A stretch of DNA of 41,706 nt from Bacillota bacterium (GCA_023424235.1 JAFAEB010000211.1:1-41706); one strand, 5' to 3'; positions 1 to 12,358 are shown, counted from the stretch's first letter. A program made the numbers and translations. The notes: a model not told the origin generated them from the sequence alone.

Positions 1-250
1 AAGTTTAATCTTTTCAGAATTAACATTGGCTATTTTAACTAAAAGCTAAAACAAACATTAATTTCCGTCGTTGATTTCTCAACGTTTACTGTTTTGGTTT
101 ATTTACTATTCGTCTCATATAAAGCAAGCTTTATGTTGAGATTAATAGAATGAAAATTTTATTAGAATTTTCAGGGTTGTTTCACTGTTCAATTATCAAG
201 GTTCATTTTGTGTCTCTCAACTTGTTCGCTTGTGCTTTCGCATCAGCAAG
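1..250 (-). other. 5' leader of an rRNA operon (16S gene expected just beyond the left edge)
   Basis: Non-coding, downstream of a consensus promoter. Minus strand carries GAACCTTGATAATTGAACAG (185-204), resembling the Firmicute rrn boxA/processing stem, and ends ...AAAGATTAAACTT like pre-16S sequence. rrn after gyrA is common in Firmicutes. No mature rRNA is in the window. Confidence 0.7.
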
Positions 251-254
251 AAAT

Positions 255-283
255 ATTCTACCATATTCATCAAATCTTGTCAA
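255..283 (-). promoter_or_regulatory. sigmaA promoter of the rrn leader
   Basis: TTGACA (283-278), 17 bp, TG-extended TAGAAT (260-255), A-tract upstream. Confidence 0.85.
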
Positions 284-354
284 CACTTTTTTTATTTATT
301 TTTGATATTGTTTTATTTTACAACATCAACCTTTATTTTGTCAAAAAATAAGGA

Positions 355-442
355 CGGAGAAAGAGGGATTTGAACCCTCGCGCCGCGTAAACGACCTACA
401 CCCTTAGCAGGGGCGCCTCTTCAGCCACTTGAGTATTTCTCC
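355..442 (-). tRNA. tRNA-Ser (GCT), CCA not encoded
   Basis: Minus strand GGAGAAATACTCAAGTGGCTGAAGAGGCGCCCCTGCTAAGGGTG...GGTTCAAATCCCTCTTTCTCCG; cloverleaf with long variable arm. Confidence 0.97.
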
Positions 443-503
443 TAACTGAACTTTTAAATCCATATTTTTAAACTTGTCTGACTTGCTCGTCAGATGCTTA
501 GTT

Positions 504-532
504 AGTATAACAAATATAAATTAGTTTGTCAA
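504..532 (-). promoter_or_regulatory. sigmaA promoter upstream of tRNA-Ser
   Basis: TTGACA (532-527), 17 bp, TG-extended TATACT (509-504). Confidence 0.85.
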
Positions 533-709
533 CACTTTTTTAATATATTCTTTTATATTTATTAACTTTTAATTTAACTATGCAATAATAAGCATAGTTT
601 ATGATACCTTAAACATATAAAACATATACTTAGATGACTTATAACTATTTTTATACTTCGATTTTAACCCATTTATCAGTTGCTATATAAAACCAAGTGT
701 TTATCTAGA

Positions 710-845
710 TTCTAGACTATTTATTAATTTCAATTCGAAACCAACGATTTACTCCATTTCTAGACTATTTATCAATTTCAATTCGAAACCAACGATTTAA
801 TCCATTTCTAGACTATTTATCAATTTCAATTCGAAACCAATGATT
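710..845. repeat. 48-bp tandem repeat, about 2.8 copies
   Basis: TCTAGACTATTTAT(C/T)AATTTCAATTCGAAACCAACGATTT starts at 711, 759 and 807. Confidence 0.95.
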
Positions 846-1019
846 ATTTTGAATCAGAATTCATTTATAAATGATAACTCAAATTCTTACAAACGAATCT
901 TAAAACCTATCTAGTTATAAGGCTAATCAATCAAACCTTTACTACTATAGGATAGTTATATTTTGATAACACTTATATTAGTATACCTATAACAATTTTT
1001 GTTATACATTTAATTGTAA

Positions 1020-1571
1020 TTAAATAATATTAAATTCTAAAGGTGCCTTTTCATATAAATCCTCGCCGGTAGAATCAACAACAACAATAACTGGGAAATC
1101 CTTAACATATAATTCTCGAATTGCCTCTGTACCTAGATCATCATATGCAATTACATTAGATTTCAAAATTTTTTTAGATAATAATGCTCCTGCTCCACCA
1201 ACAGCCGCAAAATAAACACAAGTATTTTTTACTATCGCTTCTTTTACTTTCGTATTACGTTTACCCTTTCCAATCATACCAGTTAAACCATACTCAATTA
1301 ACAAAGGGGTATACTTATCCATTCTACTACTTGTTGTTGGTCCTGCGGAGCCAATCACTTCTCCAGGACGTTCTGGAGTTGGACCTAAATAATAAATTAT
1401 GGTGTCTTTTAAATCAATAGGTAGCCTATTACCATTAATAAGAGAATCATACATTCTTTTATGAGCAGCATCTCTAGCCGTATATATGGTACCTGTTATA
1501 TATACATAATCACCAACTTTTAGATCTTTAACTTTTTCTTTCGTTATTGGTGTCGTAATATACTTTTCCAT
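1020..1571 (-). CDS. Class I Fe-S fumarate hydratase/tartrate dehydratase, beta subunit
   Basis: Motifs ARDAAH, GPTTSSRMD, IGKG, GGAGAL, DLGTEAI. Confidence 0.92.
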   Translation of the reverse strand: MEKYITTPITKEKVKDLKVGDYVYITGTIYTARDAAHKRMYDSLINGNRLPIDLKDTIIYYLGPTPERPGEVIGSAGPTTSSRMDKYTPLLIEYGLTGMIGKGKRNTKVKEAIVKNTCVYFAAVGGAGALLSKKILKSNVIAYDDLGTEAIRELYVKDFPVIVVVDSTGEDLYEKAPLEFNII

Positions 1572-1583
1572 ACTAGCCCTCCC

Positions 1584-2426
1584 TTAAACTTTTCTTGTAA
1601 TATGTCTATTTACATGACAGCAAATATTAATTGCTACAGGTAAACCTGCAATATGTGTTGGATATGTTAAAATCTTAACTCCCAGGGCAGTAACTCTCCC
1701 GCCTAGCCCACCAGGTCCTATACCAAGCTTATTGATCTCTAATAATAACTCATTTTCTAACTCTTTTACATATCCTATCTTGGAACTATCACTGATATCT
1801 CTTGTTAACGCTTCCTTAGCAAGAAGTGCTGCTTTTTCAAAACTACCTCCAATACCAACGCCTACTACGATAGGTGGACAAGCATTGGGACCAGCTAGTT
1901 TTACAGTTTCTATAACAGCTTCTTTTACTCCTTCTAAACCATCGGATGGTTTTAACATATATAGCCTACTCATATTCTCACTACCAAAACCTTTAGGAGA
2001 TATGGTTATTTCAATATCATCTCCTGGAACAATATCATAATGAATTACTCCTGGCGTATTATCGTTCGTATTTTCTCTAATAATTGGATCTTCTACTACC
2101 GATTTACGTAAATATCCCTCTAAGTATCCTTGACGAATACCTTCATTTATGGCATCTGATAAATTCAGGCCTTCCACATGTACATTTTGTCCTAACTTTA
2201 CAAATACAATAGCCATTCCTGTATCTTGACATATAGGTATCATATCATCTTTGGCAATCTTAATATTCTCTATTAATTGATTTATTATTGGTTTTCCGAT
2301 TGGTGAGATCTCTTTCTCATATGAATCTTTAATAACTTTTTCCATATCACTAGATAAATAATAATTTGCTTCAATACACATCTCTTTAATATTACTAATA
2401 ATTGTATCTGTATGAATAATCCTCAT
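1584..2426 (-). CDS. Class I Fe-S fumarate hydratase/tartrate dehydratase, alpha subunit
   Basis: Motifs PICQDTG, KGFGSEN, NACPP, GIGPGGLGG, HIAGLPVAINICCH. Confidence 0.92.
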   Translation of the reverse strand: MRIIHTDTIISNIKEMCIEANYYLSSDMEKVIKDSYEKEISPIGKPIINQLIENIKIAKDDMIPICQDTGMAIVFVKLGQNVHVEGLNLSDAINEGIRQGYLEGYLRKSVVEDPIIRENTNDNTPGVIHYDIVPGDDIEITISPKGFGSENMSRLYMLKPSDGLEGVKEAVIETVKLAGPNACPPIVVGVGIGGSFEKAALLAKEALTRDISDSSKIGYVKELENELLLEINKLGIGPGGLGGRVTALGVKILTYPTHIAGLPVAINICCHVNRHITRKV

Positions 2427-2451
2427 AATTCACCCTTCTTCCATAAAGTTA

Positions 2452-2564
2452 AAAACCTTAAATAACAATCTCTTATAGTTACATTGTTAATTCTAACTAA
2501 CTACTATATTAGAATTAATATAGCTCAATGTAAATATAAATTTAAAATTGTTATTTAAGGTTTT
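2452..2564. repeat. Long nested inverted repeat between gyrA and the hydro-lyase genes
   Basis: Perfect 18-bp outer arms (2452-2469/2547-2564) plus inner stems 2479-2486/2526-2533 and 2487-2496/2509-2518. Confidence 0.8.
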
Positions 2565-2671
2565 ATATTTTAATAATCATTATTAGGTTATGCTTTTATA
2601 ATATATATCTAAATATTGATTGCAAAAACGCCTTGGAGATCTTTAGCCTTTATCTTTAAAAACATAATCTA

Positions 2672-5305
2672 TTAGATCTCTTCTTCCTTGCTATCTTCAC
2701 TATCTTCTAACGAATCATCATCATTGTCTGATGTTTCATTATCTACTAATAACTCGTCATCTTCTAATAGTTCATCGTCTTCGTATAATTCATCTTCTAA
2801 GCTTTCACCATCTTCTAAAACTTCATCACCATTATCAGCTTTCGTTTGTTCAATGGTTTCACTTTCTCTTACTTTTGCAATACTAGCAACATAAATTTCT
2901 TTATCTTGATCTAGATTTATTAACTTTACACCTGAAGTAATACGGCCAACATTGGATATATCATTTACTGCTAAGCGAATAATGATACCTTCTGTTGTAA
3001 TAAGCATAACTTCATTTTCTTCATTTACTGCTTTTACACCTACAACATAACCGGTTTTTTCGGTGATCTTATAGCATTTTACACCTTTACCACCTCTACG
3101 TTGTACACTAAACTCATCCATATCAGTACGTTTACCCATACCTTTTTCAGATACAAATAATAGATAATCACCTTGAGTGTGTAATTGCATACCTATGATT
3201 TCGTCATTTTCATCTAAGTTCATACCAATAACACCCATAGAGGTACGTCCAGTTTTTCTAACATCTCTTTCATTAAAACGAATACATTGGCCATTTTTTG
3301 TTACAAGAATAATATCTTTTTGGTTATTAGTAGATTTAACTTCAATCAATTCATCATCATCACGAAGATTAATTGCTTGTAATCCAGACTTTCTAATATT
3401 TTCATATTCTTTTATCGGAGTCTTTTTCACGATACCTTGTTTTGTAGCCATAAATAAATATCTATTTTCATGATATTCCTTAAGTGGTATGATCGCTGTA
3501 ATTCTCTCTTCTGGCAATAACTGAAGTAGGTTTATTATTGCAGTACCACGAGAAGTTCTACCGGATTCTGGTATTTCGTATGCCTTTAGTCTATATACAC
3601 GTCCTTTATTGGTAAAGAACATAATATAGTGATGAGTTGTGGTCATAAGAAGATCTTCAATAAAGTCTTCGTCAATGGTATGCATACCTTTAATCCCTTT
3701 ACCACCACGATGTTGACTCTTAAAGTTGTCTACTGTCATTCTCTTTATGTAGCCTAATCTAGTCATAGCGAGAACTGTATCTTCAACTGGTATGAGATCT
3801 TCCGTAGATAAATCATCCTCATCAAAACCGATAGAAGTTCTTCTATCATCACCAAATTTATCTCGAACCAAAACTAATTCATCTTTAATAACATTTAATA
3901 ATATTTTTCTATCTCCAAGGATCGCTTCATATTCCGCAATTTTTAACATTAATTCAGCATACTCATTTTCTAGACGTTCTCTTTCTAATCCAGTAAGAGC
4001 ACGAAGTCTCATGTCAATGATCGCTTGCGCTTGAGGGTCAGTTAAACTAAATGCTTCAATTAACCTAGTTTTTGCAACATTACCATTACTTGAAGATCTT
4101 ATAATACTAATAACTTCATCAATATTATCAAGGGCAATCAATAATCCTTTTAAAATATGAGCACGTTCTTGTGCTTTATTTAAATCATACTGAGTTCTTC
4201 TAGTTACTACTTCTTCTTGATGTTTTAAGTAATAAGTTAACATTTCAATTAAACTTAATACTCTAGGTTCATTGTTTACAAGAGCAAGCATGATTACACC
4301 AAAAGTATCTTGTAGTTGAGTATGTTTATATAATTGTTTTAATAAAACATTGGCATTCACATCTCTTCTAAGTTCAATACAGATTCTCATACCTGTACGA
4401 TCAGACTCATCCCTTAGTTCTGTAATACCATCTATTTTTTTATCTTTTACTAGTTCAGCAATTTTTTCAATTAATCTAGCTTTATTAACCATATATGGTA
4501 ACTCGGTAACAACAATTCGATTCTTACCATTTGCCATAGGTTCAATATCTGTAACTGCTCTTACTCTAATTTTTCCACGACCAGTACGATACGCTTCTTC
4601 AATACCACGTGTACCTAAGATATTAGCTCCTGTTGGGAAATCCGGTCCTTTCACAATACTTAAGATCTCATCAATTTCAGTTTCTCTATCTTCTTCTATG
4701 GTATTTTCAATTATTTTAAGAACTGCATTTATAATTTCTTTTAAGTTATGAGGCGGTATATTAGTAGCCATACCTACAGCAATACCAGAAGTACCATTCA
4801 CAAGTAAGTTTGGATATCTTGAAGGTAATACATCCGGTTCCTTTTCTGTCTCATCAAAGTTAGGTGAGAAATTAACGGTATCTTTGTTAATATCCGCTAA
4901 CATCTCCATAGAGATCTTACTTAAACGTGCTTCGGTATAACGCATCGCCGCAGCTCCATCACCATCTACAGAACCAAAGTTACCATGTCCATCGATTAAG
5001 GGATACCTAGTTGAAAAATCTTGCGCTAATTTAACTAATGCATCATAAATTGAACTATCACCATGAGGGTGATATTTACCCATAGTATCACCAACGATAC
5101 GTGCACATTTACGATGTGGCTTGTCCGGTCCATTATTCAGTTCGATCATAGCATAAAGAATTCTTCTTTGTACTGGTTTTAGACCATCCCTTACATCTGG
5201 TAGTGCACGGGAAGCAATAACAGACATAGCATAATCTATATAGGATTTTTCCATAGTCTTTCTAAGGTCGACTTCATGAACCTTATCAAAGATATTCTCG
5301 TCCAT
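2672..5305 (-). CDS. gyrA: DNA gyrase subunit A
   Basis: [27 protein letters not shown], GyrA-box QHRGGKG, acidic C-terminal tail. Confidence 0.99.
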   Translation of the reverse strand: MDENIFDKVHEVDLRKTMEKSYIDYAMSVIASRALPDVRDGLKPVQRRILYAMIELNNGPDKPHRKCARIVGDTMGKYHPHGDSSIYDALVKLAQDFSTRYPLIDGHGNFGSVDGDGAAAMRYTEARLSKISMEMLADINKDTVNFSPNFDETEKEPDVLPSRYPNLLVNGTSGIAVGMATNIPPHNLKEIINAVLKIIENTIEEDRETEIDEILSIVKGPDFPTGANILGTRGIEEAYRTGRGKIRVRAVTDIEPMANGKNRIVVTELPYMVNKARLIEKIAELVKDKKIDGITELRDESDRTGMRICIELRRDVNANVLLKQLYKHTQLQDTFGVIMLALVNNEPRVLSLIEMLTYYLKHQEEVVTRRTQYDLNKAQERAHILKGLLIALDNIDEVISIIRSSSNGNVAKTRLIEAFSLTDPQAQAIIDMRLRALTGLERERLENEYAELMLKIAEYEAILGDRKILLNVIKDELVLVRDKFGDDRRTSIGFDEDDLSTEDLIPVEDTVLAMTRLGYIKRMTVDNFKSQHRGGKGIKGMHTIDEDFIEDLLMTTTHHYIMFFTNKGRVYRLKAYEIPESGRTSRGTAIINLLQLLPEERITAIIPLKEYHENRYLFMATKQGIVKKTPIKEYENIRKSGLQAINLRDDDELIEVKSTNNQKDIILVTKNGQCIRFNERDVRKTGRTSMGVIGMNLDENDEIIGMQLHTQGDYLLFVSEKGMGKRTDMDEFSVQRRGGKGVKCYKITEKTGYVVGVKAVNEENEVMLITTEGIIIRLAVNDISNVGRITSGVKLINLDQDKEIYVASIAKVRESETIEQTKADNGDEVLEDGESLEDELYEDDELLEDDELLVDNETSDNDDDSLEDSEDSKEEEI

Positions 5306-5332
5306 TTTTAATCCTCCATTTTTGTAGATACA

Positions 5333-7243
<1,911 letters not shown>

Positions 7244-7260
7244 TTATTGCCTCCTAATTC

Positions 7261-8367
7261 TTACTGGAAATCCCATGTAACATTATTTTCATTCGTAACG
7301 GTTCCATTTACTACATGATATATTTTATCGAGGGATAAACGATTCGTAATAAATTCTTCTAAACCTGTACATGTAATAATTGTTTGTATATCTCTAATAC
7401 TGTTTAGTAAATAGTTCTGTCTTTTTCTATCTAACTCAGACAGTACATCATCTAATAAAAGTATAGGTTTATCTTTAATGATTTTTTTAACTAATTCAAT
7501 TTCTGCAAGCTTTAAAGATAGCGCTGCAGTTCTTTGTTGTCCTTGCGATCCAAATTTTCTCAGATCGATTGTATCATTTAAAAAACTAATATCATCTCTA
7601 TGAGGTCCTGTATTCGTTAACTTTAAGGTAATATCTTTTTGTAGAGTGCTTTTTAATTTACTCTCAAACTCATTCGCTAAAACATTTGGTTCATAATTAA
7701 TTATTAAATGTTCTTTGTTTCCAGACAATTTATTATGTATATCGTACACAATCTCATTAAGCTGATCGATAAATAATTTTCTTCTTTCAATTATCTTTGA
7801 TCCATATTCTACTAATTGCATATCCCATATACTAAGTGTATCCATTAACTTAGGATTAAAACTTATTTGTTTTAATAAATTGTTTCGCTGATTAATAATT
7901 TTATTATAATTTGATAAATTATACAAGTAAACCTTATCTAATTGACAAAGCTCAAGATCAATAAATCGTCTTCTCTCCGCAGGACCATTTTTAATGATGC
8001 TGAGATCTTCTGGAGAAAATAATATAATATTTACAATTCCAAACAGTTCACTAGACTTCTTTATTGCTAGTCCATTAATTGCTACACCCTTTGGCTTATT
8101 TTTCTTTAAATGCATATCTATCTTATGGATAACATTGTCCCTACTAACAAACATCCGAATATGGGACTCATCTTTTCCAAGCTTGATAATTTCTCGTTCC
8201 TTATTACTTCGATGAGATTTCGTTGTACCGCTAATATAAATAGATTCTAAAATATTGGTTTTGCCTTGCGCATTATCTCCGTATAAAATATTAATACCAT
8301 CACTAAAATCTATGGAAAGCATATCGTAATTTCTATAATCTTTTAATTCAAGAGTTTTAATAAACAT
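7261..8367 (-). CDS. recF: DNA replication/repair protein RecF
   Basis: Walker A GDNAQGKTN, SQGQQRT, LLLDDVLSELD; synteny. Confidence 0.98.
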   Translation of the reverse strand: MFIKTLELKDYRNYDMLSIDFSDGINILYGDNAQGKTNILESIYISGTTKSHRSNKEREIIKLGKDESHIRMFVSRDNVIHKIDMHLKKNKPKGVAINGLAIKKSSELFGIVNIILFSPEDLSIIKNGPAERRRFIDLELCQLDKVYLYNLSNYNKIINQRNNLLKQISFNPKLMDTLSIWDMQLVEYGSKIIERRKLFIDQLNEIVYDIHNKLSGNKEHLIINYEPNVLANEFESKLKSTLQKDITLKLTNTGPHRDDISFLNDTIDLRKFGSQGQQRTAALSLKLAEIELVKKIIKDKPILLLDDVLSELDRKRQNYLLNSIRDIQTIITCTGLEEFITNRLSLDKIYHVVNGTVTNENNVTWDFQ

Positions 8368-8384
8368 AGCGCACCACGATTCTA

Positions 8385-8594
8385 TTATTTTTCAATTTTA
8401 ATGGATTCTCCATTATATTCAACGAGATCTCCATCTACTAATTTCTTACCTCTTTGGATCTCAACCTTGCCATTTACTTTTACTAGTCCATCTTGAATAA
8501 CAAATTTTGCATCCACTCCAGACTCCACTAATCCAGCAGCTTTTAAAGCTTGACCTAATTTAATAAATTCATCTCTTAATTTTATTGTTTCCAT
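8385..8594 (-). CDS. yaaA: S4-domain RNA-binding protein YaaA (start set at ATG 8594)
   Basis: FIKLGQALK...VKVNG...RGKKL; AGAAAGG RBS; between dnaN and recF. Confidence 0.92.
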   Translation of the reverse strand: METIKLRDEFIKLGQALKAAGLVESGVDAKFVIQDGLVKVNGKVEIQRGKKLVDGDLVEYNGESIKIEK

Positions 8595-8651
8595 ATTTGC
8601 CTTTCTAAAGAACATTAATTATTTTCACCAAATTATTATAGTATCTACATA

Positions 8652-8708
8652 GTCCCAAAATCGAATAAGTTTTTGATATAAGCTAAAAACTACTTTTGAT
8701 TTTGGGAC
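8652..8708. repeat. Inverted repeat/hairpin downstream of dnaN
   Basis: GTCCCAAAATC (8652-8662) pairs with GATTTTGGGAC (8698-8708); inner AGTTTTT/AAAAACT. Confidence 0.7.
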
Positions 8709-8782
8709 AATATTAACATCTGCAAACAATCAGATCATTTTAAGTTTTAAGTTACCTAATATTATTATACCTAAAATTGTAA

Positions 8783-9892
8783 CTAAATACCAGCATTAAA
8801 ATTAACCGGTAATATTAAGTATATATAAGTTTCATCTTTATCACGAATAAAGCATGGTGCTTTCGGATTAATTAAATAAATAAAGATCTCTTCATCATCA
8901 ATAACTCTAAGTGCTTCAATTAAGAACTTTGGATTGAATCCAATTAGAATATCTTTACCTTCCTTGGAGATCTCGATCTCTTCGTCCATAGAACCAATGG
9001 AAGAATTCATCTTAAGCTCCATGTTCTTATCTTCGATCTTTACAATAATTGGTTTTTTCTCAGTTTCTTTGATGAGTAGGGTAGCACGATCAATAGAATT
9101 TAATAATTCTTTTTTATTCACTGTAACTTTTGTTTCATAGTCACTAGAAAGCATTTGATTGATCTTATAGTATTCACCTTCAATTAATCTAGATAATACA
9201 ATTGTATCATTAAATTCAAATAAGATATGTTTGTCTGTAAAGAATAATCTTACTTCATCAGAGATCTCACCAGATAAGATCTTAGATACTTCATTTAGAG
9301 TCTTACCAGGTACAATTACTTTAATATGATTATAGGAATCATGTAAGGTTAACTTACGTATGGAGATCCTGTGACCATCTAAGGATACTACCTTCATCTC
9401 ATTACCAGAGATCTCAAATAGTTCACCTGTCATAATTTTATTACTTTCATTATCAGAAATAGAGAATACGGTTTGTCTTATAACTTCCTTTAAAGAAAAT
9501 TGAGATAATACAACTGCACCCTGTCTTTCGATCTTAGGTAAATAAGGGAATTCATCTCCACTTCTACCTGAAAGAGTAAATTTAGATTTTTCACATGTTA
9601 TTGTAGCTAAATAATTACTATCAGAATCAATATTAACATCATTATCAGGTAATTTACGAATGATCTCAGAGAATAGTTTAGCGTTAATAGCAATGGTTCC
9701 TTCTTCAATAATGTTACCTTTTACTATTGTTTCGATCCCTAGTTCCATATCATTAGCAATCAATTTAATAATATCATTCTTAACTTCAATAATAAGACAT
9801 TCTAATATAGGCATTGTTGACTTAGAAGGAACTGCTTTTAAAACAATGTTAACACTTTCAAGTAAGTCACTTTTTTTGCAAATGATCTTCAT
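8783..9892 (-). CDS. dnaN: DNA polymerase III beta clamp (start set at ATG 9892)
   Basis: SLDGHR, RLIEGEY, IGFNPKF, YLILPV; AAAGGAG RBS; synteny. Confidence 0.98.
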   Translation of the reverse strand: MKIICKKSDLLESVNIVLKAVPSKSTMPILECLIIEVKNDIIKLIANDMELGIETIVKGNIIEEGTIAINAKLFSEIIRKLPDNDVNIDSDSNYLATITCEKSKFTLSGRSGDEFPYLPKIERQGAVVLSQFSLKEVIRQTVFSISDNESNKIMTGELFEISGNEMKVVSLDGHRISIRKLTLHDSYNHIKVIVPGKTLNEVSKILSGEISDEVRLFFTDKHILFEFNDTIVLSRLIEGEYYKINQMLSSDYETKVTVNKKELLNSIDRATLLIKETEKKPIIVKIEDKNMELKMNSSIGSMDEEIEISKEGKDILIGFNPKFLIEALRVIDDEEIFIYLINPKAPCFIRDKDETYIYLILPVNFNAGI

Positions 9893-9924
9893 ATTGTGTA
9901 TAACTCCTTTCACGGATTTTCATG

Positions 9925-10143
9925 TAAATATATATAATATAATTTATTAGCAGTAGTAATAGGGGCTGTTAGTTTGTGCATAAGTGGTTCAACCCCTTTA
10001 AACAAAGGTCTTAAGAGAAAGGATAACCATGTGAAAGAAATTAAAATATCCAAAGGACATTTTTTTTGCCTTCAGAATGATTCTTAGTTTATCCCATGCC
10101 AACTAACAAGGAAATAACAAGTTACTAACATGCCATTGTGGAA
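9925..10143 (-). promoter_or_regulatory. oriC: oriC unwinding region: DnaA boxes, GC motif, DnaA-trios, AT-rich tract
   Basis: Minus strand TTATGCACA (9983-9975), AACTAACA, GCCC, CTA TTA CTA CTG CTA ATA, then a pure AT tract; same layout as the B. subtilis unwinding region. Confidence 0.9.
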
Positions 10144-11505
10144 TTAAGGATTTATCTTTTTCATAATTACTTCTATGGTATTTTGCATTGTAGGATCTTT
10201 CTTTATGCTTTTCTCAATTTTATCGATACCATGTAATATAGTAGTGTGATCTCTGTTACCCATTAGCTTACCGATATCAGATAAAGACTTGTCCGTTAAT
10301 TTACGGCATAGGTACATTGCTACCTGTCTAGGATGTGCTATGTTTCTACTCTTGTTTACAGAATAGATATCAGTTGATGTAATGTTAAAGTGCTCAGCTA
10401 TAACATCAACGATTAGCTCTGGGGTAATTGCCTTTTTGTCATCAGGAGATATGAGATCTTTTAGCGCTTCTTCCGCTAAACTAACATTAACTTCTTGCTT
10501 CTTTAATCTAGATAGTGCAACGATCTTTGTAAGTGCACCTTCTAATTCACGAATATTAGACTTAACATTTGTTGCAATGTATTTCATAACATCATTATCA
10601 ATTTGAAGACCATCAAGCTCTTCCTTTTTCTTAAGGATTGCCATACGTGTTTCATAATCCGGCTGTTGAATATCAACGGTTAAGCCCCATTCAAATCTTG
10701 AACGAAGTCTTTCTTCAAGTGTTAAGATCTCTTTAGGAGGCTTATCACTGGAGATAATGATTTGTTTTTTCGATTCATGTAAGGTGTTAAAGGTGTGGAA
10801 GAACTCTTCTTGAGTACTTTCCTTTCCTATTATAAATTGAATATCGTCAATTAATAATACATCTATATTCCTATATTTTTCCCTAAATTCAGTAGGTGTC
10901 GTATTAACATTACGAATAGATTCAATTAATTCATTGGTAAACTTTTCGCTAGTAACATACATAACCTTACTATTAGGATTTTGTTCTAAAATATAATGAG
11001 CGATTGAGTGCATTAAGTGAGTCTTACCAAGCCCAACTCCTCCATATATAAATAAAGGATTATAGATTTCTGCAGGAGATTCAGCAACTGCTAAGCTGGC
11101 AGCATGAGCTAGGTTATTGTTAGCACCTACTACAAAAGTATCGAAAGTATATCGGGGATTTAAAAAAGAAAGACCACTTTTCTGGTTTTTATTCTTTTCC
11201 GTTGAAGTGGTTACTTTTCCTTTATTAATAGGTACAATTTGACTCTCAAGAACAAATTCAAGATCATAGTTTTCATTCATGATCTCTGATATTGCAACCT
11301 TTAAAGGAATACCATACTTCCTACTTATGAAATTCTTACTGTCAGGGCCGATCATCTTATCATCAATAGAAATCGTAATTAAATCATCTTTAACGGAATA
11401 TACTTTTAAAGGTAGTAACCATGTTTTAAAAGATACATCAGTTATACAATGTTCAATTTTAAGATATTCTAGTATTTCGTCCCATTTATCTTGAATTACA
11501 TTCAT
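10144..11505 (-). CDS. dnaA: Chromosomal replication initiator DnaA
   Basis: YNPLFIYGGVGLGKTHL, LLIDDIQF, RLRSRFEWGL, RDHTTILH. Confidence 0.99.
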   Translation of the reverse strand: MNVIQDKWDEILEYLKIEHCITDVSFKTWLLPLKVYSVKDDLITISIDDKMIGPDSKNFISRKYGIPLKVAISEIMNENYDLEFVLESQIVPINKGKVTTSTEKNKNQKSGLSFLNPRYTFDTFVVGANNNLAHAASLAVAESPAEIYNPLFIYGGVGLGKTHLMHSIAHYILEQNPNSKVMYVTSEKFTNELIESIRNVNTTPTEFREKYRNIDVLLIDDIQFIIGKESTQEEFFHTFNTLHESKKQIIISSDKPPKEILTLEERLRSRFEWGLTVDIQQPDYETRMAILKKKEELDGLQIDNDVMKYIATNVKSNIRELEGALTKIVALSRLKKQEVNVSLAEEALKDLISPDDKKAITPELIVDVIAEHFNITSTDIYSVNKSRNIAHPRQVAMYLCRKLTDKSLSDIGKLMGNRDHTTILHGIDKIEKSIKKDPTMQNTIEVIMKKINP

Positions 11506-11565
11506 TACACTAATCTCCCTAATATAAAATTTCGTACGTGTCTACTTTATATAATATAACAAAAA

Positions 11566-11816
11566 TGTGGATATTTCAATGATAATATGTAACTAAAATC
11601 GTTTATACAATCCTTATCCCCATGTAAAAATTAATAAATAACAATTGTGTGAATAAATTATAAAGATTATAAACATTGAAAAATTCCAGTATTATAGGGG
11701 ATAATTTCAACAATTGTCTTTAAAATTCACACCAATTCACAAACCTATCCACAATTTATCAACATTTTGTGGATAACTTATTTTTTTTGAAATGTTGATT
11801 TCTTTTTTGTGGATAT
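11566..11816. promoter_or_regulatory. oriC: DnaA-box cluster upstream of dnaA (second half of bipartite oriC)
   Basis: TGTGGATAA 11768-11776, TGTGAATAA 11648-11656, near-matches at 11566, 11614, 11745, 11756, 11808. Confidence 0.88.
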
Positions 11817-12043
11817 CATACACTTTAGAATACATGTTTTTTTATTCTCCCGTCAAGTAAAAGTTCCTTCTATTTTCATATTACATATTCATATAGTAAC
11901 ATTTACGACATTTATATCTTTATTATAGTATGTTTAACCTAAAATCTTATGAAGTTAATAAAAAAAGAGCTATTTATTCGTCTTTCAAAATCTACATAGT
12001 ATAGGTAAGAAAATAGTTGGAATAATTATATAAAAAGAATTAC

Positions 12044-12072
12044 TTGACGAACAAGGTTAGAAATACTATAAT
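12044..12072 (+). promoter_or_regulatory. sigmaA promoter of the rpmH operon
   Basis: TTGACG, 17 bp, TATAAT. Confidence 0.8.
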
Positions 12073-12157
12073 AAAAATGTTAATTTTAAGTTATATTAAA
12101 ATAGAACAAATACGCTTACCATAAATAATTTGGTAGAATAAAAGGAGGTGCATGTTA

Positions 12158-12292
12158 ATGAAAATGACATTCCAACCTAAGAAAAGATCAAGATCTAAAG
12201 TTCATGGATTTAGAGCAAGAATGAGCACTGCAAATGGAAGAAAAGTTCTATCTAGCAGAAGAGCAAAGGGAAGACACAAATTATCAGCTTAG
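12158..12292 (+). CDS. rpmH: 50S ribosomal protein L34 (44 aa, absent from ORF track)
   Basis: Translates [54 protein letters not shown]. Confidence 0.98.
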   Translation: MKMTFQPKKRSRSKVHGFRARMSTANGRKVLSSRRAKGRHKLSA

Positions 12293-12314
12293 GTCGCATT
12301 ATTGTGGCCTTTTC
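12291..12314 (+). terminator. Small hairpin with T-run after rpmH (partial terminator or stabiliser)
   Basis: AGGTCGCA-TTAT-TGTGGCCT-TTTC. Confidence 0.5.
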
Positions 12315-12358
12315 TTCTCTCGCTTGGCTTTCTCATTACTAGGAAGGGCCGTGGGATT

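Noticed and set aside
710..845. 48-bp repeat as CRISPR or coding repeat
   Set aside because: Units are contiguous with no unique spacers; most frames contain stops and there is no credible start or RBS
5040..5075. Quinolone-resistance substitution in GyrA
   Set aside because: QRDR reads [10 protein letters not shown], with the usual Ser and Asp at the key positions
12045..12051. Spo0A box TGACGAA (also at 31184-31190)
   Set aside because: Fully explained by the TTGACG -35 element; a 7-mer match alone is not evidence
12302..12358. N-terminally extended RnpA
   Set aside because: The TTG at 12302 lies in the post-rpmH hairpin without an RBS; homology begins near 12359
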